A DNA stretch of 64,000 bases from the NCBI RefSeq assembly GCF_902713615.1, contig NW_024056010.1, positions 186,001-250,000 of the forward strand, in the 5' to 3' direction. The position numbers and the translations under genes were made by a program. Source of the stretch: Scyliorhinus canicula (lineage: Eukaryota). Below are positions 1 to 11,825 of this stretch, piece after piece. A model generated the notes under the pieces. The model was given only the letters and a program-made list of their open reading frames with translations. It searched no databases and had not been told where the DNA came from. Position 1 is the first letter of the stretch; each line of letters begins with the position of its first letter.

Positions 1-643
1 CACAAAGTCTCCCAAAAACATTCCTCAGCAGGAAAACACCAAACCACATCACTGAAGGAGTGAAACATCACGGAGAAGCAGCTCAATTCTACAAACACTT
101 CCAAAAGAATCAAATGTAACATTGCAAGAACATCTCAATTTAGAATGCACCAAACCCCCATTTCATCAAATGAACGAACAGGTAAACTAAACAGAAAACT
201 TGAATAATACCATCAGCACTTTCAGTAAGCAGAACATGTTCAATAAGATAATATAGAAACTTTAGCACATTTTGTCAATGTTGGGATCGATCTCATACAC
301 TTGTGCAGAAGACGGTACAAATTGCAGACATTAGATAGAACCGAGATTAAACATCGTAAAAACACACGTTTTGTATTTAAACTAACCCCGCCACACAGTA
401 TCCTCAGCAAATAAACACCAAATCACAGCAAACAGGGTCTGAATCCCTCAGCAGCATCCTCCTGTCAAGAAACCTCGGGATTCTATATCCCCCTTTCAGC
501 AGAATCAAATAAACATTGCAACAACATCACAATACACGATCCACCAAAACACATTTCAGTGAACGAATGGATTTGGAAAATGCAGAAAAATATAAAACAA
601 ATACTCAAATAAAACAGTTGGTGAATGACGGAATGGTTCTTAC

Positions 644-691
644 CTGCAGTCACCGTCACCATGGTGCCTTGTCCCCAGTAGCCGAAGTAGT
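644..691 (-). CDS. IGHJ: Immunoglobulin heavy-chain JH segment (germline, unrearranged)
   Basis: Minus strand reads ac TAC TTC GGC TAC TGG GGA CAA GGC ACC ATG GTG ACG GTG ACT GCA G|gtaag = YFGYWGQGTMVTVTA with the WGxG motif and a GT donor at 643-642; preceded by an RSS. Confidence 0.96.
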
Positions 692-730
692 CACAGTGTC
701 ACATTCCCTGGGCTGCTCCATACAATAACC
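692..730 (-). other. JH recombination signal sequence (23-bp spacer)
   Basis: Read away from the coding end: heptamer cacagtg 692-698, 23-bp spacer 699-721, nonamer acaataacc 722-730. Confidence 0.95.
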
Positions 731-1052
731 GCACCTGCACAAAATAGACAGAAATCCACCATTATTTTAAATATTCACAAACCAACGGCAAATAAAATTC
801 AGGATTAATTATCAGGAAATTATATTAATATTTGTGCATACCGTTCTCTCTTCATAAATGACCGAATGTTTTACATTTTACAGACATGGAAATGTTATTG
901 AAAACACCAACTGTGACTAACTAACGACCACCAATTTTCCACATTAATTCTTATCATTTTGTCAGTGCTGGAAATAAATAATGCTTCACTGTGAATAAAG
1001 TTGGATTGTAAAAGCGAGCACTGAGCCAGCTTCAGTTAATTAGTGCTGAGGG

Positions 1053-1118
1053 GCTTTTTGTATTGACAGTAACTGCTGTGCCCCAGTTATCACAGTGAGA
1101 CACAGCGTGTCAAATACT
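1053..1118 (-). other. IGHD: IgH D2 segment with 12/12 RSSs (coding 1081-1090, ataactgggg on minus)
   Basis: + strand: gctttttgt (1053-1061), 12 bp, tgctgtg (1074-1080), 10-bp core, cacagtg (1091-1097), 12 bp, tcaaatact (1110-1118). 12/12 is the usual shark IgH D2 arrangement. Confidence 0.9.
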
Positions 1119-1430
1119 GCGGCAGACTGTTAACTGTAAAATACAGAGATTTAATTTCACTGCTCACTCAGAAAACTAACTCTGTCTCTTCCAAGAGCGA
1201 ACGGGTGAGTTATTTCAGCTTGTCCTGGTCATTACATTTATAAAGAGGATCGGAACACTTTTAAAACCTCTGTGCACATTTCGCGAGTCGGTGAACAGTG
1301 ATAAAGTGGAAGATTTTTATACCTTTTTGCAAACTAATATTACTTCCAAACGTTGTTTTATTTAAAACTCGTTTACTTTAACGTTCGTGCTGTGACGCTG
1401 ATCACCAATTTGAACAAGCTCTTTCACTGA

Positions 1431-1511
1431 GGTTTTTGTATGAGGATGTCGCTGCGCACAGCACTGTGACCCACTGCTGTAGTCACAGTGACAGACACCC
1501 GCACAAAAACT
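1431..1511 (-). other. IGHD: IgH D1 segment with 12/22 RSSs (coding 1469-1483, actacagcagtgggt on minus)
   Basis: + strand: ggtttttgt (1431-1439), 22 bp, cactgtg (1462-1468), 15-bp core, cacagtg (1484-1490), 12 bp, acaaaaact (1503-1511). Confidence 0.93.
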
Positions 1512-1881
1512 GCACTCACTCTCTGTTCAGTCCTGCCGCTCAATATTCACTTCAAATACACGTTTACTTCTGATCTAATTTACAATTTATACAGCAGTTT
1601 ATCAAATCCAATGTACATAGATTTTCCCAAGTATCAGAAATAATAAAACGATGATTATATACAAGTCTGTAATAGCTGAAACTGTTAACAATAAATATAA
1701 ACTGACACAAGCTCATCCTATTATATCGATTGGTGTGTTCAGTTTTACAGTTTAATTTTCTCTGTGTTAGTTATGTAAGAAGCAGCTTGTGCAATGACTC
1801 TGATCACTGACATTAATATTACATTTGAATCAAGTGCTGACCTTCAGGTTAAGCTGCAAGTTGCTGAATTCCCTCTCGAGC

Positions 1882-1920
1882 TGTTCTTGTGCGGGTCCAG
1901 CCCTGGTTCCTCTCGCTGTG
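1882..1920 (-). other. VH RSS (23-bp spacer)
   Basis: Minus strand: heptamer cacagcg (1920-1914; one mismatch, CAC intact), 23-bp spacer 1913-1891, nonamer acaagaaca (1890-1882). Confidence 0.9.
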
Positions 1921-2399
1921 GTCTCTTGCACAGTAATAGATGGCGGTGTCTTCGGTCTTCAGACTCCTCATGGCCAAAGAGAAGATGTTGTTTGAAGTGT
2001 CTTTGGACGCAGTGAATCGATCTTTAATGGCTGGGGCGTAGTTGTTGCTGGATGAACTATAGAAGTAAAGCAGCCACTCCAGCCCCTGTCCGGGAACTTG
2101 GCGGACCCAGTACATGTAAGCGGTGCCGAGATCGAAGCCGCTGGTTTTACAGGTCAGTGTCAGGGAGCCTCCGGGACGCCCGGTCTCTGCCTCCGGCTGA
2201 GTCAACACAACATCCGACTGGACACCTGTAAAAATATATCAAAAAGCCCGAGGATTAATGCTGGTGAAATGATTGGTGACTCTGGAACATTCCAGAGAGA
2301 GACTAACACTGAGACAGTAACAGTGAGAGACTTGGACAATAAAAACTACTCACGGGATAAGAAAGTCAGCAACAAACTGAGAGAAATGGCCCACCTCAT
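1921..2399 (-). CDS. IGHV: IgM-type VH gene segment, intact: leader exon 2354-2399, V exon 1921-2225
   Basis: Spliced product [117 protein letters not shown]; C23, W41 and YYC present; gt/ag intron; framework typical of elasmobranch IgM VH. Confidence 0.96.
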
Positions 2400-2489
2400 C
2401 CTTCTGGTCATTTGGGGGAAATGGTTGTGTCAGGAACTCAGTGAACAAACCAGCTCCCGGACTGTTGGATTCGGGTCCCAGTGAGCGGC

Positions 2490-2520
2490 ATTTAAATACC
2501 CGGCAGAAGGGGGCGGCTTT
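2490..2520 (-). promoter_or_regulatory. Putative VH core promoter (TATA-like plus GC-rich box)
   Basis: tatttaaat on minus at ~2490-2498, ~90 bp upstream of the ATG, next to a GGGGGCGG box at ~2509-2516. No Ig octamer seen nearby. Motif match only. Confidence 0.5.
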
Positions 2521-5500
2521 CCAGGCGCCGCCTGTTGATTCCCTGGTGGAGGCGGCGACTGGATCCACGTCCCACCTTCCACATCCCCAACAGAATGGAA
2601 CCAGAGATTTACTACAGGATATTATTTTTTAAAAATACATTAGATCGGTATAATTGTTTGGCTGAATTGATTCATTGTAATGTCTATCCTCATCCGAAAG
2701 GAAAATTATATTTGAACATCTCTAAGTAAAATCTAATTCCATTATATATTAAGTCTCTTTATTTCTACACTCCAATATAAAGGGATGAACATAAACAGAT
2801 TAAATTACATTATCAGGGAATAAATCGTCTGTCAGTCAGATTTGCAACACTCCGGGACTCTATCCCATTACAACAATAAAGTATAATTTATCAGACATAA
2901 TGTAACTAAATGAGGGAATGAATGACGTGATTACATTTGCAGTGCGGATGGCTAACACTGTACAATGTGGGTCTGTAGACAAAAACAAACTCTAACATTA
3001 CACAATGTCTCTCTTTACATTTCTCGATTTGCCCCTGAGCCACAGACAGTCCTGTGAACATTAGCGGTAAAAGAAGCCGCTTGCCTGATAATTCAACAGT
3101 GAGTTGACAGAGAAACATAAAATTAACAACAGCTTTTGACAGAGAAGTTAATGAATCAGAACTGACACGGTGATCAGCAAAGTTATCCTTCAGCATCCAA
3201 ATTATTGCCGCTAATTTTACTGACCACCGGCTGTCGAACATTCACTGGTGTTGGGAACACAGGATATCAGGACTTTGCTGCATATTGCACAATATCACAG
3301 GAATAAATGTTTTATCTTCCATTGAAGCAGGTCATGAACTGGTCATTTCTCCACTTATTGGCAGCAATGAGACGGACTGTTAAATAATGGAAATCAGCAC
3401 AAATTAAACTGTACAGAACACGGTGTTAATCGAGTATAAGAGACGCCTCCGTTTAACGGAGATCAACAACTCGGAGAATATTTCAGGAATCCCCCCGAGT
3501 TCAATGCAGTTTATTTACTTTTATTTCATTTTATTTTATTTTTTGGAATTGGAGTCATCTTATTGAACTTGTGGATTGGGTCCATCAACACCAATCACTC
3601 TCTCACTTCATTCGGTTCTCAACAAACGGACTTTAATAACTAGAGTGATCTTTACTCAGAACTAATATAAATTAAATAGCATCTGGTCAGGTTACTATTT
3701 TCCAATAATGTTTAATATCATAGTGAACAAAACATTCAGTGAATATATTTCTTTGCATGGAACACCATTTAAAACGTTTACTTCATGTGCGACTAAAACA
3801 TTTATTGTTTGAATGGATAAATCCCATTGTGTCCATTCATATTCAGGTTAATCTGCCCCACACAGTATTTGGCAGCAATCCAGCCGCCTGCAGTCAGGGA
3901 GGCTCGAATGTTCAATGTTGTTTACAGGAAACATCTGTATTTTTTTTCAAAGATCTGTTTGCTCAGTACTGACCGCTTGGCTGCAATCCAACTTCAAACT
4001 CTTAACATTGTCAATGAGGACTAATTATAAACAAATCTACCCAGCAACAGTACTGGAGATCTTTTTATGTTTTAAATTGTGAACTTATTTGAACTGTTCC
4101 CATCCCTAAGGAAAGGAGAGTTATCCAGCTTCTCTGACCAATCGTAGCAATTGCCGGCTGGAGTATCTCTCCCACATCTCATAACATTGTGATGATGGAT
4201 AGGAATACAAGCAGACTATCAGACAGGGGCTACATTTTGTAATAGCTAAACATGTACATTTACGTGTTTTTCCCTTTATTCTTCCATGGAATGTGGGAGC
4301 CACTGTCAAGACCACCATGTGTTCCCTGTCCCTAATTGCTGTTGAACTGAGTGGTTTGCTGGGCCAGCTCAGAAGGAACTGAAGAGTCAGACATGTTGCT
4401 GTCTGATTGGAGCCACATGTATGTGAGACCAGGGAGGGATGTCAGATTTCCTTCATTAGTGAAGCAGAGGGGGTTTCATGGTGACCATTAGTATGTATTC
4501 CGGATTTATTAACTGAACTCAAATTCCCCCACCGGCCATGGTGGGATTTGTACCCAAGCCCCCACAGAATTAGCCCGGGCCTTTGGATTATTGGTTCAAT
4601 GTCATTAATACACCCCCACTACCGACCCAAAAGATAAAGGGATTATTGCTTTGATGTAGGGATGGATGTTTGTTAGATGCCTGAATATTTTGATTGTGGA
4701 ATCGGTGAATGGGTTTGATGGATGCATGGATAGATGGTCCTGAAAGATGCTGTCCTACATTCTCAGTTTTGTGCTTGATGACTTCACAAATTAAATCAGG
4801 ACCTTTATAATTTGTGTCAGTATAATGCATTCGGTGGCTCAAGCTTTTCTGGGTGAATTCCATCCCCAGACTATCGGGAACTGATGAGATGGAGGTCACT
4901 AAGCGGAAACTTGAGATATCCTGCGGTTCTGGTGATACTTCTCTGCTGATGGCGAATCTTCATCTCAAAGACAGAAAGCAGGAACATGATGACGTTGAGG
5001 GGGGACGGTTGTAATATTTGGAACATGTGGTAATTTCATGTACAATAGGTCAATTAAGATGTCCTCACCCAAATTAATGAAGACACCAGACTGAAAACAC
5101 ATTAATGTGAAAACTGAAATACTGTGAAACTCAGTGGACAGCTGCAGACGTTGAATTAGTTTCCAAATCATTGTAATAACATACTGGGATTCAAAGATTC
5201 ATCAGCGTCACATTGGGTACAGACATTTTCATTTCTACCGACACTTTAAAAATCATCTCATACTCCAGTCTGGAGATTCTGTGTGACGATGAGGAGATTA
5301 CTGACCAATACAACGCAGAGGCTGCTGGGTAGCTGCACATAATCCTCGGTCTGGTTTAATTCCATTTCACATTGAATTCTGATGCAGATGTGACTACTCG
5401 GTGACAGAATAGTCAATCCTATCTCAATTAAATTATGTTGAACATATGACTATAGGAATTAGGAGCGGAAGTAGGCAGTTCAGCCCTTTGAGCCTGCTCC

Positions 5501-5699
5501 GCCATTCAATCATCATGGCTGATCTCTTCCTGATCTCAAATCCACCTCCCTTAAATGAATTGCGTTTACAGTTTGTAAAAAAAAGTGTGGATCATAATTG
5601 GTGAATATAACGTTTTATGTTGTGAGTTGATGATAATTGATTAATATCATTATTTAACTTTGTGAATTGTGACAATTGGTAATATTCGCCACGGAATTG

Positions 5700-6400
5700 C
5701 TAAACAATGACCATCTCCAGCAAAATAGAATCTCACCATCGCCATTTGATTTTGACTGATACTGCCATCGCTGAATCCCGCACGATCGATACACTGGGGT
5801 TACTATTGACCAGAAACGGTACTGGTCTAACCATATAAATGCTGAGGCTACAAGATCCGGTCAGCGTCTCGGAAGCCTGCAGCGAGCAACTCACCTCTTG
5901 ATTCCCAAAGCCTGTTCACCATCTGCAAGGCACAAGTCAGGACTGTTGAATACTCTGACACCTTCCAGGCCAAAGCAGCTCCGCTTGATTGCCACCCTAT
6001 GCGCAAACACTCATTCCATCCACCACTGACTTACAATGGCAATCATGTACCATCCACAAGATGAGCTGCAGGAGCGCAGCAAGTCTCCCTTGAAACACTT
6101 TCTAAACCCAGGACCATTACCTTCTAGAAGGAAAAGGCAGCTGACACATGGGAAGATGACCACCTGGAAATTCCCCTCTAGATCACTCACTATCCTGACT
6201 TGGAAATATATCACAGAATCTTCAGTGTCGCTGATTCAAAAACCTACAACTGCCTCCCTAACAGCATTGTCGCTGTATCTACACCAGAGTGACTGCAGAG
6301 GTTCAAACAAGCAGTTCACCGCCTCTTTGTGAAAGGAAATTAGCGATGGACAATAAGTCATGGCCTAGCCCTTGATGGCCACACCGTATAACTTAATTTA
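5700..6400 (+). mobile_element. Decayed CR1/L2-type LINE 3' fragment
   Basis: Resembles the RT C-terminal/3' pieces repeated at 9.9-10.6 kb and 24.6-25.2 kb (ctggggttactattgaccagaaac... actcacctc... cccaaagcctg); no intact ORF. Confidence 0.6.
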
Positions 6401-7592
6401 AAACTGCACTTTATGGAACGCTGGCAATTTGTGAATCTAATTATTTATATTCATAAATGAACGAAAATTGGTGAATATTATTGCTATGTTTATGAACATT
6501 TATGGCCTGCTCTTTCTCTGCTGGAAGATATAACCCATCCCACAGGAGGTTCATGATGCAAAATCATAACCAATATCTGAAAATAAAGTGGACAGAGGAG
6601 ACTGCAGCAACTAATGACATAACTCACTCATAGCAGCACTGGGAAGGCCTTTCCAATGGTCACACTTTAAACACTTCATCTGCTTTCAGGCCAAATGTTG
6701 CTGGAAGAATGGTGCTGTGTTTGCGTCACAGGATTTACTCTGGACATGATCTGCTCCCTCTGCCACATGCCTACCTCTTCACCTTACTTTCGTCAATCTC
6801 GATAAATATTCGACACTGTCCACAGAGTAGGGACTATATGATTTGGGGAAAATTGGCTGACTGCTGAAGCTCCCCTGTCGCATTCACTCCTTCCATGGTA
6901 AAATGCACTGCACGGGGACAGAGTGATCATTCCACTTCCGACAGATTCTAAGTGAATAATTGAGTGAAAGAGGACCGTGTCCCACACCCACCTCTATTCA
7001 GCAGCTTCCTCTCCATGCTGCTGATCTTCGCCTTACCTGAAGACAAGAATAAAATCCACTAACACACTCGGTCAGGCTGCAACCTCTACAACTTCTCAGT
7101 TATCAAAACGGAGACATAATCACAATACATCCTCATCAGAGAATTCCTCTACGCTGAAAATTCGATCATCAAAACAAAACATCATCTACAGAGACTCATG
7201 GACTGTGTCCTCGGTGCCTGTATCTTGTTCTTCCTTACCATAAGCATGAGGAAAATCGTGGTTGTGGGTCAAGGTGTTGCACTTTCGCCATGGTCTCACT
7301 AAATAAGAGCCGGTGAGCAGATTCTGCTCCCGAGTTTCCATGGTGAGAGGCTGCCTTGGAATGTAATTCATGGGGAAAAACAGTTACGTTTTACTCATTG
7401 AATGCCCATGGAATAACATCAAGCTGACCCATTGGAACAAGCTGATGGTTTATAAGGCCTGAACTCTCAGAACCCTGTTGTCTGGCTGTGAAACAAGGAA
7501 CACCTGCACCTGTGAAGAAAAATAGCTCAACCAATGTCATCTTTGTCATCCACAATGCATTATGGATATTTACTGGCCGGAAACAATCAGAA

Positions 7593-7863
7593 ATAGAACA
7601 TAGAACAGTACAGCACAGAACAGGCCCTTCGGCCCTCGATGTTGTGCCGAACAATGATCACCCCACTTAAACCCACGTAACCCGTATACCCGTAACCCAA
7701 CAATCCCCCCATTAACCTTACACTACGGGCAATTTAGCATGGCCAATCCACCTAACCCGCACATCTTTGGACTGTGGGAGGAAACCGGAGCACCCGGAGG
7801 AAACCCACGCGCACACGGGGAGGACGTGCAGACTCCACACAGACAGTGACCCAGCCGGGAATC
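7593..7863 (-). mobile_element. tRNA-derived SINE (HE1-like)
   Basis: Reverse complement of the SINE at 27585-27900, including the tagaacatagaac tail. Confidence 0.85.
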
Positions 7864-8730
7864 AAAATGCGGCAGTTCTCTCAAAGACAGAGCATCCAAG
7901 TCTCTCCAAGATAAAAAGAGGTGGTTTTCACATTTCCAGTGTTGTCCCTAAATCGGCCATGGTCACACGAGCAAGGAATGTCCACTTTGCGAAATAGCCG
8001 GAGCCACGCACCCAGTGGAAAGGCCGATATTCCGCTTCAAGGATTCTTCCAAGTGTGACATAATGTCCTTAAACCTAAATATTGATCATCGCAACTGGGT
8101 GTCACCAGCTGCAAACTGAAAAAATGGTACACGTCCGGTGGGCTGGTGTGAACCACCAGGACCAGTGGATTTAGCAGGTTTGAAATAGACACAAACCGAG
8201 AAAATGGCAACCCAGAACGACAATTGGGAGCTTCATGTGCTACATTTGTGGAAATATTTGCGGTTCATCTATTGGAAATAGAAGGATGTCGTGGCCTTTG
8301 TGAAATTTAGTTGTACGCAACATGTGTTTCACACAAACACAGACACACACACACAGTCTCTCACACACGCATTCTCTCTGTCTTACACGCACACCCACAT
8401 TTCCCCATTAAAATTAAAATCCCATGTTAACTTCCTGGGAATCTTCGGTGACATTGATCCCAACCATTTTCCAGGTGGTATAGTGAATCAATAAACTCTC
8501 CCCAACACTATGTTTGTTAGATGAATGTTACATTTCGCATGATACAACGCCCAGGTAAACATTCCTCTATTTAACAAAGATGAACAAAAATACAAGGCCA
8601 GGAATTGAGCAGCTTTGCTCTGTTTCTGATCTCAATGTGGGATAATCAGCCATCGACACCTTATATTTCGAAATCTCCCGCAGAAGGCGATGTGGTATTA
8701 CGTTTGTGGAAAAAGGATTAGTGATACATC

Positions 8731-8905
8731 ATTTGGCCACGCTAAATTGCCCTTAGTGTCCAAAATTGCCCTTAGTGTTGGGTGGGGTTACTGGGTTATG
8801 GTAATAGGGTGGAGGTGTTAACCTTGGGTAGGGTGCTCTTTCCAAGAGCCAGTGCAGACTCGATGGGCCGAATGGCCTCCTTCTGCACTGTAAATTCTAT
8901 GTAAA
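8731..8905 (+). mobile_element. SINE 3' half
   Basis: ggccacgctaaattgcccttagtgtcc...gggccgaatggcctccttctgcactgtaaattctatg, shared with 16808-17153 (reverse) and 59037-59310. Confidence 0.75.
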
Positions 8906-9419
8906 ATCATCATGGATCATACCTGACAGTGACATTTCGCAGTAACTGCAATTGCACAGTTTGGCCAGCAGATGGCATTTACATCGAGATGCCTGACGAT
9001 ACACATGAAGCGGACATTAACTCAATAATTAATGCAGTGATCCCCGTCTCTGTTAATTTTAAATTGGACTCCATCTGTATTTTTGTTAGACTAGACTCTG
9101 TCTTTGTTTATAATACACGACACTCTGTTTCAATTAATACTGCACCAGTACATCTCAATGCGTATGCCACATAATCACTGTGATCCCATTTTCAATGTTT
9201 CGGATTTGCCTTTGCAGTTTTGCCACATCCAGTCCTGAATAGTAATCAACAAATAAACAAAAAGCTGGAATAGGAGCCTCAATAAAATCCCCCTCTTCAA
9301 TTATGGTGGAGCCCAGCACATCAGTGCAAAAAACAGGACTGAAAGTTTCTGTCAACCTTGCCGAGGATGATCCATCTCGGCCTCCTCCGGTGGTCTGCAT
9401 CATCATGGATGTCAGTCTT

Positions 9420-10620
9420 CAGCAAATTTGATTCACTCCACACGATATCAAGAAATGGCTGACGGCGCTGCAAATGTTACTATTCCTGGCAGCATTCCAG
9501 CAACAAGACTGAAGATTTGTGCTGCAGAACTGGCTGCGCCCCAGACAAGTTGCTCCCGTGCAGATACAGCACTGGCATGTACCCAACAATGTGTAACATT
9601 GCCAAACATGACCCGTCCACATTAGGCAGGAAAAATCCAACCCGGCCAATTATTGGCCCATCAGTCCGCATTCGATCATCAGCAACTTCATGAAAAGTGT
9701 CAAGGAGCATCCTGTAACGTATAGTGTCCTCGCATAGTGTCCCCGGCCCCAGCTTCACCCTTCATCATAAGGTCAGAAGTGGGAATGTTCGTTGATAATT
9801 ACCCAATGTTCTGCACCATATTCCATTCCTCAAATATTGAAGCAGTCTGTCTTCATATACAACAAGACTTGGACAACATTCAGGCTTGGGCTGACAAGTG
9901 TCAGGCAATGTCCATCCCAAAAAGGGAGATGCTAACCATTTCCCTGGATTTTAAATGACACTACCATGATGTAATCCCCCACTATAAACATCCTCTGGAT
10001 TATCATTGATTAAAAACTGAATTGGAAGAACCTTTTAAATAATATTGCTGCAAGAGCAGGTCAGTGGCTGGAAATTCTGCGGTGAGTATCTCACCTCCTG
10101 ACTTCCCAAACCCTACCCATCATCTATACGGCAGAAGTCAGGAGTTTAATTGAATGTTCTCCATTTGTCTGAAATGTGTTCCTCAAGCAACACTCGAGAA
10201 TCGCGACGCCATCCAAGACAAAGTAGCCGTCTCGACGAACACCCCATCCACCACCTTAAATATTCACTCCCTGAATCACGGGTATACACTTCTAGCAGCG
10301 TGAACGATATACAAGGATCTACTGCAGCAACTGCCTCTTCTATACCACCTTCCAAACCCACGAACTCAGCTATCTAAAAGGAGCAGGCCCGGCAGATGCA
10401 TTGTAACAGCAGGACCTGCAAGTTCCCGCCAAGCCACACACCATCTTGATGGGAACTATGTCTCTGTTCCTTCGCCGTCACTGGTCAAAATCCTGGAACT
10501 CCCTTCCTTTCAGCACTGTGGGTGTACTTACTCAATATCAATGCAATGGTTCAGTAAGAGGGCTCAACACCACATTCTGACGTTACTGGTGAAGCCAAGG
10601 TCCTATTACATCATTTGAAA
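9420..10620 (+). mobile_element. Decayed CR1/L2-type LINE RT fragment
   Basis: Residual RT-like peptides (e.g. MFVDNYPMF...QQDLDNIQAWADK in ORF 9737-9958) broken by stops and frameshifts. Confidence 0.65.
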
Positions 10621-10905
10621 CATATCGTTTATGTTGCACAATTACAACTATTCCATTCCCTTCGTTTATTGCACTAGGCCCAGGCAATAGAAGTTCAGTT
10701 GTACAATTTGAATTGGCTGCAAGAACATCATAGAGATCTGCGGTTCTATGTGCCTGCATCTAGGGTGCTGACAAGACAGATTATGACGTTTATCTGGACA
10801 TAGATTAGCATTGCTCGCCAAAGAATTTTACAGTATTACTGTTCCCTCAGTTTTTTTTTATCTTCACAATTTCCTCCCCAGCCATTTTCCACATTACTGT
10901 GCATG

Positions 10906-11090
10906 CAGGGGCTGGTTTAGCTCACCAGGCTAAATCGCTGGCTTTTAAAGCAGACCAAGCAGGCCAGCAGCACGGTTCGATTCCCGTACCAGCCTCCCCG
11001 GACAGGCGCCGGAATGTGGCGACTAGGGGCTTTTCACAGTAACTTCATTGAAGCCTACTTGTGACAATAAGCGATTTTCATTTTCATTTC
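10906..11090 (+). mobile_element. Short tRNA-derived SINE (second family)
   Basis: ggggctggtttagctc... ggttcgattccc (A/B-box-like)... ggcgccggaatgtggcgactagggg... (ttttca)n tail; relatives at 11650-11825, 43214-43385 (reverse) and 55148-55316. Confidence 0.85.
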
Positions 11091-11649
11091 ATGCTCTACT
11101 GCATCAATGACTGAGGCCGGGTCCAAATTAATATGAACAGAGACATGGCCCAGTGAAGAACTGAGGCTGTACCTAATGTAATACAGAGAGGTTTAAATGA
11201 ATAGAAACAGAGTTAGGTTCTAGGTTAATCTGAACAGAGCCAACAGGGTCCATTACTCCATAGGATATAGGAGCAGAATTAGGCTATTCGACCCATAGAG
11301 GCTGCTCTGGCATTAAATCATGGCCGATATGTTCCTCATCCCCATTCTCCTGCCTTCTCCCAATAACCCCTGAACTCCTTATTGATCAAGACAATCCTCG
11401 AATTGGTGGCCTAGTTTTATATGAACAAATATAAAAGTGTCCTTATTGAATATAAACTGACACAGGTACGAGGTAGTATAACACAAACAGAGACGGGTTC
11501 ACGGCCAGGTACAATACAGAGGCAGGGCCTACTGTCCCTTCAAACACTCGCAGGACAGTTGGATCAGTGGTTGAAGACAAAACTTCGCCAGGACTTCTTC
11601 AATCACACTGCCCCCATTAAACATTCCCAGTGCAGCTGCCGATTGTAAG

Positions 11650-11825
11650 CGGGGCTGGTTTAGCACAGTGGGGTAAATAGCTGGCTTGCAATGCAGAACA
11701 ATGCCATCAGCGTGGGCTCAATTCCAATACCGGGCTCCCCGAACAGGCACCGGAATGTGTCGACTAGGGGCTTTTCACAGTAACTTCATTGAAGCCTACT
11801 TGTGACAATAAGCTATTATTATATA
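11650..11825 (+). mobile_element. Short tRNA-derived SINE
   Basis: Same family as 10906-11090; (tta)n tail. Confidence 0.8.

Noticed and set aside
1388-1394. Extra tgctgtg heptamer between D1 and D2 (a possible third D)
   Set aside because: No nonamer at 12 or 23 bp and no partner heptamer.
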